This document shows, one piece after another, positions 22,712-33,000 of a DNA stretch of 33,000 bases. How positions within the stretch are numbered: position 1 is the stretch's first letter; each line of letters starts with the position of its first letter. The stretch is from Fimbriosthenelais zetlandica (Eukaryota): positions 21,576,001 to 21,609,000 of the forward strand of contig OZ365112.1 in the NCBI GenBank assembly GCA_977030845.1. The letters are read 5' to 3'. The position numbers and the translations under genes were made by a program. The notes below the pieces were generated by a model. The model had not been told where the DNA came from, ran no database searches, and saw nothing but the letters and a program-made list of their open reading frames with translations.

Positions 22712-24989
22712 CCTGACTTTGAGGTAGAACAGAGCAGGTGTACTATGGTGATATATGGTAGGATTTGATCAATGGAAGCAACGACGTGGCATAGCCCATG
22801 GGTCAAAGCGCCGGACATGGACTCTTACTTTCGTGGCACTGTGAAATCTATTAAATCTATTTATTTTTTCCTCTTATTTTTTCATTCACCTTGTTCGACT
22901 GTTTGGGGTTTCAGCAAATTTCTAGCCAGGACATTCTTTTTTTTCATTTAAATTGACTTATCGGGAACATGAAAATCGCTCTGACTGTATAATACAATTA
23001 TACATGTCCTATGAAATAGAGACTTTTAGACTTGCACCTTTGTAGTGTATATATAAGTACATATTTCATGGTGTCCATCTCTGAAGCTCCTATATTTTAC
23101 CTCGGGCTGTATGCTAGCTGCTTTAGCATGAATATAGATCAAGGACTAATGGTGTCTATAGGTGCCGTTCACCTGAATAACTGTGGCCAACGGCTAGTTA
23201 TTTCCATTAGACGTGTAGTTATATAGTCTATTTACTTGTATGCAATGAGGCTTATCTTATAAGAACAAGGAATTGCGCACCATATGGAAGCTATATTTCT
23301 GTCTTAGAAATGCATAACTTTCAGCCAAAGATACATAATGTCTATTGCTTAGTGCAGGATATTGAGGCAAAAAGTGCCTTCTATTTTATTATTAAATCTT
23401 TTGAATCTTTTGCACCATGAACCCATTTCCTAGTCATATTGCTCTGCCCTCAAATCCATAATTTGGTATTATTGACTACACCTATTTTAAATACTGCATG
23501 ATCGGATGCAATGTCAATTTGGTTATCTTGATCACAATTCAAATAAAGATATTCACAATTTACTTGGAGTCTCTCCAATGACGTGTTATATCCATTAGCC
23601 CAGTACAGTGAGCAAATCTCTTAAGCAGCTCGAAATGTGGACACAAATTAAAAATTTTCTCTTATAGAAGAAACAAGAGACTTAGAGAGATATTGAAAAT
23701 AAATCCTGCTCGGGCAGGGCAGTAAAAAGAACCTTGAGTCAGTGGCTGCACGGTTCAGGTGATGGGACTCAAGCTCTGAAAATCCAAAGTGGATTAAATA
23801 GGGGAATGCATTGGTCTCTAATGGATGAAGGATTGGAGGAAGACTTCCAAAATAGATCTATTCAGCAGCAAGCCACCCACAGTTACTGTAGTATCTGGTG
23901 TTCTATAACCCACAGGCACCTCTTATTCATTCTGACCAGAGGCCTGGTTCGTAAAACTATTACATTTTCAAGATTCGCCGGTTCAATATTATTAATGATC
24001 ATCCCCACCTCTGTTGAAAATTTCATACTACTCTATTCACGGTGGAATGTTAGAATTGAGGTGCCATGGTGAAAATCGCCTCCTAAACAACATTTAGCAG
24101 ATAATTGTTAATAGGGAATGAGCATATAGGTAATTTTAGCCCGTTTCAAAATGAATATAATTATTAGCCATGGATTTGGCATTGTTAATTTTACTTCTGA
24201 AACTGACAATGCAATGTCCAAACTACCAAGGATAAATTAATTAGTAGACAATATTAGCATTATATTTCAGGTTTGTTTTGAACTCTACTTACTTTTAATG
24301 GCAAATACATCATTAGTTTTCTGAGATTGTAGAACTTTTTGCTTGATTAGTGGGAGGGTGATTGTTTATATACAGTAAAGCAGGGGGAGAGGTGCCTTTT
24401 GACTGGTGGAGCTTGCATAGAAGGGAGAGTGAGCATTGAAGTGTGTGGCCCAGCAGACTAAGTCAATAGCCAGTCTTTGTTATGGTCGATACCTTTAGCT
24501 CCACACTCAGTTAACTCAGTAGTATGTATCAAAAATCAATACATCAATGCCAGGTTATATGATGGAGCAGCAACTGGTAAGGCAAGCGTATCCATATCAT
24601 TGCTGCAAGCGGAAATTACTGCCGTTCCATATGCAGTAAACAATTAGTCTAGGGCAAATAAATAGCGTTGGAATGTGTAATAAATTGCGATGAAGGTTGT
24701 CTGTTAAAGTGATTTTTACACTTGCACTGGTCACGCGTACACATCTGTCCATCTGACATTATCTATATTGATCATGATCGTTCAGCTCACCTCATCTTCC
24801 TTTCTGATAAGAAAGTTTCTAAATGCTTAAATCCTAAACGTCCAAATTGTAAACGTTAGAAATTCAGTTAAGCACTTCAGCTTATTGCTATTCATTTTGA
24901 AATTGGAATTGCATTGGAATCAACCGGTTTGGAAATGAAATGACTGTCAATGACAGATTTCTAATTTCTTTTTGCAATAAAACAATATT

Positions 24990-25110
24990 GATGATCGGGT
25001 AACTTTACTTTCACATTTTCCCCATGAAGTTTTGAATCCCTTCCCACGTAATGTCATCCGAGATAATCGATCATCTTCTATTGAGAAATTTCCAAACTGA
25101 CAGACAGACA
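24990..25110 (-). mobile_element. Possible Gypsy RT C-terminal relic
   Basis: Frame reads SICLSVSLEISQ*KMIDYLG*HYVGRDSKLHGENVK, resembling GLxLxxxKCxFxxxxVxYLGHxVG..KV. No YxDD found upstream. Confidence 0.18.
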
Positions 25111-28100
25111 GATACTGTGTATTGAATAAAACTTGGCAACAATACAACAGTGCCCGGCCATGCACCTTTAAAATTAATACAGACATCCAATAGTGTTTCC
25201 CTGCTTGTTTGTTGTGTAGAAGAAATTACATTGTATATTTATTTAAAAGGTTTTGTTTCATCCATTATTACTTCCAGGATAAATTAGATGTGTGCCACTG
25301 ACAAAGGAGTGGATGTTATTGTTATGACAGTCCAAAGATGCCAAAAAGAACAATGGAATCCTGCCCTACAAATGTACCTCGCTATACGCATACATTCTAC
25401 CCTGAATGTCACATCTAATTAGTTAGAAGAAGGTTTGAAACATCACGCCTCCCATGCAGTGAATGTTTAGAAGGTAAGTAAATTAACTCCATATATATTG
25501 CTTATCAGTTCGCCCTTGTGAAATCGCTACAACCGAGACACTTATCTCAACCATTAATCTCAAGCAACAAATCATCGACTTGGCGCATCGTATTTGAGGT
25601 GATCCGGTAAACTTGCCAGGCTTTTGACTCCTTGTTGTTGGTTAGGTCTGTATTCTCCTCATCCTCAGTCTTGTTACCAGCATAATTATATTTCAAAAAT
25701 TCCACTACATTTCAATCATTCCACTTAATATATTGCCATTTCTGAGAAACATTCCTATAATTATGAAGGCACAATACTTAAAGAATAGAATGGTTTTTAT
25801 TTTACCTGTTTCACAAATGCATTTCTTTTCCTTTTTGAACGTTTGACATTTCTATAGTATTCACCAAAAGTGGTAACACTCAAATCAGAAACAATTCAAG
25901 GGTTTCAATTCATCCAACAAAAGGTGAAACGTGATTACCATTTCCGAATTACCAATGAGATGTTTTTAAGTCTTCAGAGAGTTGTGAATCCCATTTATAA
26001 CAGCTTTTCTATACGAATCTTTGACAGCTTCATTTTTCTCCTGACGATTTATTGACATTTGCCCCCTGAATCTGTAGCCTCTATGCCAAAGGGGGTTATT
26101 CTTTGAGTTAACTCGTGTGGCCCCTGCCTCTGACACCAGTAGACCCCCTATAACATACCCTTCAAAGTTCATCTGACCCATACTCCCAGGTGTGACCATC
26201 CTGGGGCCCCTTCATATCGACAAGGAAAGGTCGGTCACATGGGCCTTGAGGTCAGGCTAGGATGTGGATGGAAGGGCTTCTGAATCATTTTGAGTGTGGA
26301 GTTGACTTGGATGGAATCCCACTAAATATTAAGGCCCTCTTGGATGGCTGCTCTGTTGTTGACCTAACTGACCTTTGCAGATGGTTTTCCCGTCCTGGGC
26401 TTTTCTATCGTGTGGCACGAGCTCAATGTTGATTGGTTGAGAGTGTAGCCAATCAGAGGGGAAAAGCCATGCCATGACCAATGGTTCAAAAGCCATTACC
26501 TATATCATGTCCGTCCAATGGGGGAATGTCTACAATGAGCCCTTGGGACCTGCCTCTCCCGATTTATTTCAGGACTTTCAATGTAGCCTTTTCAGAAGAA
26601 CATCGGCAAAAATTACCTTCTATTATTGGTCTTAGGTGTCTGGAAGTTTCCGTAGATAAATCTGAGGAAAGAATGATCGAGGTATAATACATGTAGGGGA
26701 GATATCAGTTTCTTTTTGACTTTGAGTTTTACCGAGAAAGAATATATATCGTGGATGAATATAATGGAACAAATGGTTAATAGTTTACATAATCAATGTG
26801 AAATTATATATATGTAGTGTGGATTAGATATCTTTATTCATTGGAGGAATGAGGTAAGCAGGATAAATCGGATATGAAACTTAAAATTAGGGATAAAGTT
26901 AAGGGGAGCATGAGGAAGATAGATAGATACAAGATAGGAATATATATGGAATTTGATGACGGGCTATATGGATCCGGTATTTTCCTCACCGTTTCTCCCT
27001 AACACCAGTCGCCACAGTTTTAAGCCCACGTTCACCTCATTCCACAAGCTCCCATTCACCGAGCCCATATATCTACTTCATTGCAAGAACTATCTGTCAG
27101 CAAGCTAGTTGTACGAATTGTTAGAAGAAAGAAGGATGGGGTCAATAGAATGGTCAGACCATGAAGGCACTTTACTGACTCCAGAGGAAAGTTCCTGGCA
27201 CGCGCAGGAACCAATGTAGTAAAAAAGATACATCGAAATGCAAGAAGACTTGATGGCACAAGGTAAAGCTGATGCAAAATGTGAAATAGTTTACCCATTC
27301 AAAAAGGGGCTGGGTGGGGAAATTCCAGTGATTCCGCGAGTAAAACTGATACCATAGACCTGCACATGTAACCAGAGTAAAACTTTTTCAGGCAGCCAAC
27401 GTTGGTACCACTTTGAACGCAGTATGCACTTGGCCTCTAACCCTTGCATGGTTGTAGAGCAGTCTTTCATCCTCCCGAACAAAAATACAGTATACTATAC
27501 AGTTATACAGAGCTATGTACATTCTTTTATATTTATGTGTTTTGTCATCTTCCTGATTTTATTAGTATTTAGTATACTTTTTCTGAGAGTATGCATGCAG
27601 TGCCCACAGGTAATTTTATTTGGATCAGAAGGGGAAGTGTTGCCTTAGATTTCTTGCTTCTACCAGTAAACTTGTGTAGGTGTTAGTAAATACCTTACCT
27701 ACGGTCGATGCCATTAGAAATCAAGTACATGGGGCACACATGATTTTGTTTAGCAATAATTGACATCGTAAGTGAGCACTACAAGTATAAGATGCTTGGC
27801 TTATGATGCTAGCATCACAACCTGGGAGAATCGAGCTGATCCTTCATTTGAAATATGTTTGTGAAGATGTAACAAACCATAACTAAGTACCTAAACACCT
27901 TCCTCACCCCTGTCCCCTTTATTCTAAACCTTCCATACTTTCATCTGCATCTTTCTTGGATGTGATTAGTTTCCTACAGATTCCTTTTATTGTTTATTGG
28001 GTTTGTTTCACTTCAAAACGCCTACTTTCTCAGGAGTGGTAGCCAAGAGCGCATGTCATGATGTACTTCCACTCCAAATTGTCTGAAGCTGCTCTCAATA

Positions 28101-28127
28101 AATGCATTCGTGAACCTGTTGACCATG

Positions 28128-28919
28128 TCAGCTTCGGTACAAAATATCAAAAGAATCTATGATGATAATAGACGATGTTTGTTGTGGAATCTCAACGCCA
28201 ATCATAGTACGATTATACAGTACTATATTGGATGCATTCCAAGCCCTCTTTCGGTCTATAGAAATAGGAAGAAATGAGAACCCATAATGCAATCCATAAA
28301 TGATGTGATTTAGGCCCTGTGCAGAATTCTGGCAGTCACTTCTTCCGATAATGGGCAATAAATATCTACGGCTCCTTTGGAAATTTATACCCTTTGTTCC
28401 TTCGTGTAGATAGAATCCCTGACTGCAGAAGACTACATGTATCTCTGATTGATCCCAAAGGAGAACCTCCTACTACTGAACCAACATAGATGCCCTCCCA
28501 TCAATCGCATACCATTTGTTTAAAGTGTTACAAACCTTGCCAGATTCTTCGCAAAGAAGGTGCCTGCCATGAATAAAAAATGCAACCTTTTCCTCATGGA
28601 CCTGGGGAGGTGCCAAACAAATTGAGCATGCCTAGCAGTGGATGCGAAGTTCTGTACCTGCTACTTTGGAAAATTGTTCCCGAGGGGCAAAGCTGTCCTT
28701 ACTGCTTGAGGAAGTAGTCTGATGTGCCAGGACTAGCGACCATCTCTTATATGGTGGGAAGCAGGACTGGTCAGGCTCTGACTGGCCTCTGTCATGATAT
28801 ATTGAAGACGTTGAAGGAGGAGGAAGAGCCTTGGTTGTTTATAGTCAGTCAGGCAGGCAGTGAATGGTGCAAATCAACTCAGATGCAAATGATGTTGCAC
28901 AGGTCACTACCTGTATGAC
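28128..28919 (-). pseudogene. Long stop-poor reading frame (about 264 codons, 5 internal stops), decayed unidentified coding sequence
   Basis: I translated the frame continuously into the supplied ORF 28128-28358. The last 237 or so codons have only 3 internal stops. Protein not recognised. Confidence 0.35.
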
Positions 28920-31078
28920 CGACTCACTTGTCAGCTTCACGGGGTGTTTCCATCATGATGCAGACTCTTCGTGTCATCTTCTGTCTCCTGGGAGGAAAAC
29001 GATCTTTACAGGTCTCTCAATCAACTGTCTTCTTACCTAAAAACTGTATGCTGACATGATTAACAAAGACATGTTACATACTGCTTATTTAGTTTTTGTA
29101 ATGTCTAATGTATGTTCTAATTTGAATTAATTGGCTCTATGGACTGTTGAAAGACAATTTCTCTTCCAATTGAATATGTTGCATCGATATGGACATGATC
29201 TACATGTTCACAGACATCACTTCAAACCAAAGCTTAGCGCATATAAAGGCGGGATTTAAATAGGGAACCCCTTTCTAAAAGAGAAGAAAGTATAATCTGA
29301 TCTCATCAGTAATCTATGTCTTAAAGTATGGTTGTAACATATGCCACTTAAGGCCTATACAGGAAGGCATTGACTACTGCCAACCTACGCTACACGTGTT
29401 TGATATTATTGGATTCAAAATCCGTTGGCGTGCTGCCAGTAACACAAAGAAAAATGCCATTTTCTATGGTAGCAAGAAGCATTGGCTTTCTGTAGATGAC
29501 TTGTTAGTTGGTAGGATGCATACCAATGGGGCTTATCAAGGCTCTGGACACATTGCCCTCCTTGAGAAGGGAGATAGACGATAGGCATGATCCGCTGTAC
29601 CATACAGTACCAGCTTTCAGCCTCCTGCCAATCTGTCAGTACCATTAGCCCTGAACGCTGTTAGAGAGTTAAGGGGACACATCACATATACCAAACCTTG
29701 ATAATCCTCATTATCTGACTTCAACAGCCTTTCATTAAGCCTACAACCTACTTATCCTATCACAGATGATTGAAAATTACCATCTTTAGGATTCATTTTT
29801 ACAGAGTGATCTTTAAAAGGCCAGGCTTCCATCAGGGGAGAGGGTTGGACTGGTTCTGGAGGAAATGTTATATCTCCGTTGGCCTTTTTTATTACTAGTT
29901 ATTTGGGATACGCCTGGGAGCGGTGGTGAGTTTCTTTGTAGGCAGGATGATCTGCCAAGTCTGGAACTGATAGCCTCATGGCGTGGGAACAGCTCTTGGC
30001 TATAGACAGGTACATGAGAGATGTGCGTTCTGATGAGACGCCGATTCCAATTAACTCTCCACATTACATGTGGACAGGTGTTATTCAAGGTGCCAGCCAG
30101 AGGCTGTACCAAGCATAGAAACTAACCATATAGTCAGGTAGCCAAGTTACAAGAGCAGCCAAATTGGAGCCTTTTGACTGGCACACTCCCTGAGAGACAA
30201 GAGGTGCCCACAAATTACACCCCCGAAATGGCAAGGCAGAAATCATGCTAATAACTTCTAATTAATAACTTACCATGAGATTTATCTCAGAATGCCAAAC
30301 AGAACAAATTTCTTTTAAGTCAGATAATATCATTTTGACCAGATCAATCCGGTGGGATAACAGAAATGAGCATCTCAAAAATCACTGCTCAACAAAATGA
30401 CAAGTCCTATGCTTCTTTTATTCCATATGGACCTATGTACCACCAGGCAGAATTGTGCTATTTGTGTCAAGATTTACCCGAGAAATCAATGGGAGTAATG
30501 ATCCCTGATGTGGTATTGTCCTCACACTTGGAAGCTGTCAGAAATAGAGGAACATGCTATTTATAGAAATGAGATAGATGTTATTTATTCTATAACTGGG
30601 TGTCAGCTCCAACAGACAAAGAATATAAAGAGAGACACTCCTTTTCTCCGAGGAGTTAACAGCCGATTGATTTCCCTGTCATATATTGCACACCCCATAT
30701 AATGTGAAGGTATTTCTGAATCTTAAAAATAGATTTTTATGGTACAATGTGATGATCTTCAAAAGGGAACTTTTACAGTAGTATCTGCTTGCTCAACCAT
30801 ATTCATGAGCCCACCACCCACACACATAGAATAAAGAGTCGCTTCCCTCTACTGCAGGGCAGTTGGTGCTTACATTCAAGCACTCTCCCTGTGATTACCA
30901 TTTAACTTTATTGCATTGCGTGTGAACATTATGGTTGTATTTTTTTATGGTTGACCCGTGTGTGGACGCAATCGGAAAGAGTGCTTACACAGTCTTTGCA
31001 CGTTCAAAGTGACATCTGAGCCTCTCTGTCTAAATAACTGAGAAATAGGATGAACTTAATACGGCTAAGGCTTCCACA

Positions 31079-31109
31079 GCTTTATATGGCCAACATCATC
31101 ATATAAAGC
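31079..31109. repeat. Perfect 10-bp inverted repeat with 11-nt spacer
   Basis: gctttatatg (31079-31088) and catataaagc (31100-31109). Confidence 0.75.
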
Positions 31110-32379
31110 ATGGCAAATTGCATGCAATATAAAGGGGACTGTACCTAATCGCCCCCCTCAGCTGGGTATGGTAATGGTTCTGCTGACATGACAGGCCTGT
31201 ACTCCCTAGTACATACCCTCCCATCATCATTAAACCTATATCTAATTGCAACTGATTTCTCTAATGGCATTCTAATGAAATGTTAAAAAAACATATCTGC
31301 CTAAATTGTATTTGTTCAAACCAGATCCAAGTTCTTCAGATGTAGTATCTGACACACAGTGAATCGCTTCTTTGTGATCGCCTCATTTACGGACAATATA
31401 ATACATGTCATTTACTGAACCATACTCCACCTTGATGTCTCAGCAATGTTGATGCCAGTTACAGAACATTTTGTCTTATCTATTACTACAATATTGTCAT
31501 AAACCTTGCCCTCTTATGAATATTTAAGCTGTCTGGTCTTTCCTTTTGATCTTGAGCACGTTAATGCCATCGGATATATTGCTTACCATCACTTATGCTC
31601 AAGAAGTTCATTAATGTTCCAAGAGTGAACACAGTTCATGCACGGTACATTAAACACTCCCATGCAATTGGGAGCATCCAATAGAAACCAGCATAGCAAA
31701 AACCTAATGGCTCACTCTTTACCAAATAGGTTCCATGAATCTCTTAGTAGGAAGATGCACCCATCAGCTATCTTTATCCTCCTTCAAAGCACTGGCACTG
31801 GGGATTTGAGTGAATTGGAGTGTACAAATCTGATCAGTGCTCCAACGTTTAGTCTGCTACATTTCTAAACCAAAGCCTCAAAATGCCTGTTCTATTTCAC
31901 ATCAATCCTTTCAAAGAACAAAAAGTGTCTTAGTCGAAGAATAGGCATATATGTAAATAAGGCAGTCATGCGACACTGAGAAAGGCAGTAGGGGAATAGG
32001 TACAATATTCATCGTTTTTTTTTTCTTTTTACACATGAGTCACAGAACTGAGGCATCTTCACATTTCAGCTTTAACTCATCGGCAACCCTTCATGAGGTT
32101 GTGCTTTTTTAAGCAGCATGTTTTTTAAAGTGTACGTTTGTATGACATTGTTTTAAAGTGTACAGATAAAACGTTTTATGGCTTTCCTCATTTAACATTT
32201 TGCATAATGACCTTGATAAAACCTTTTAGTATTGCGTCAGAGCTGAAAAAAAACTAAATTTAGGAAGTGAAATTTGTCCTCTGATAACTGAACTGAATGA
32301 CTCCTCTTACGGCTATCATGGGTTATGAAGCAAATGCACCATATTGTTCCACCAAATAGCTAGCATCACTTCAAAGGAA

Positions 32380-32440
32380 AATTGCTTCAGGGGCCTGACT
32401 TCCGGTTATCTGGACGACTTGCTATCTCTTCCTCTTGTTG
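32380..32440 (+). mobile_element. Possible RT catalytic-motif relic (YLDD)
   Basis: Frame reads CFRGLTSGYLDDLLSL with YLDD at 32407-32418. Downstream similarity to RT is poor. Confidence 0.2.
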
Positions 32441-33000
32441 ATGCATAGACAGGCCACACACCTTTGACCTGAGGGAGACATCGAGTGTCTACTCATGGCC
32501 GGCCATCTTATACTCCTTCCTGTCCACCCTTTCCTCCCCTGGCCATGTTATGAGACCATTGCTTGACTTAGGCCTAGTGTGACTTGTCCGTTCTGGAATC
32601 CAGCCTCCAGGGAGCACTCGCCGGCACAAATGTACTGCCTCCCACCGGTCTGATTAAAGCCACTCACGCACAACAACGATTGAAAATACATCAGAGAACC
32701 CCATGGAGTACTATGATGACATGGTGGATATAGGGCCAGTCCACAGTAGGGGTCCTCACTGACGGCCAATGTAAACCTATGTAACTCAAACATGCTCACA
32801 TAGTTACTGTATAATGTACATACAAACTGTGAACTGACCCACACTAACTTTTTCTTTATACATGCTATTGAGTCTTGAACTGTGGTATGTAAACAATGGA
32901 AATATCATAAAGGGCCAGACAGTTGCCAGACAAGAACCCTTGTGTAGTATGAAGTGCTGTTCCTGGAAAATAATACCAACATAATTAAGCATAAGCACAA

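Noticed and set aside
23734-24072. ORF with HW...Q...YCSIWC resembling a Polinton or adenain cysteine protease
   Set aside because: The His-to-Cys spacing is far shorter than in that family, the conserved Gly after Cys is absent, and there are no other Polinton genes.
25278-25480. Plus-strand exon-like segment ending at a consensus donor aag/gtaagt
   Set aside because: The frames I translated are interrupted by stops and no product is recognisable.
29560-29700. Minus frame VYVMCPLNSL...KLVLYGTAD resembling RecQ helicase motifs Ia and Ib
   Set aside because: The spacing is too short and no Walker A or DExH motif flanks it.
29890-29930. Plus frame LLVIWDTPG resembling a GTPase G3 motif
   Set aside because: No G1 (GxxxxGK[ST]) upstream and no G4 downstream.

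Overview
This is AT-rich DNA (roughly 60-63% AT, judged by eye) that looks CpG-poor and eukaryotic. It is most plausibly intergenic or intronic sequence from a metazoan, possibly a marine invertebrate (inference from recurrent TACATGTA palindromes and TTAAAGG-type MITE ends). I found no intact protein-coding gene that I can recognise, and no rRNA, intact tRNA, CRISPR array or prokaryotic operon. The window reads as a graveyard of old coding sequence. The best-supported identification is a heavily decayed Ty3/Gypsy pol on the minus strand (about 4900-6190), with RT, connection, RNase H and integrase-like motifs in the correct order and near-correct spacing. Weaker RT-like motifs lie at about 13990 (YMDD), 25060 and 32410 (YLDD). 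Several reading frames have far fewer stops than chance predicts but match no family I can name (1981-2457 -, 6965-7564 +/-, 12782-13081 -, 15026-15499 -, 27223-27648 +, 28128-28919 -). There is also a diverged tandem duplication of about 295 bp (8867-9553) whose first copy carries a (TA)n microsatellite, plus several short hairpins and possible tRNA-derived relics. I found no evidence sufficient to claim a new biological system; the unidentified stop-poor frames are the best leads. All statistics are rough hand estimates, and all motif comparisons are against family consensus recalled from memory, not database searches.
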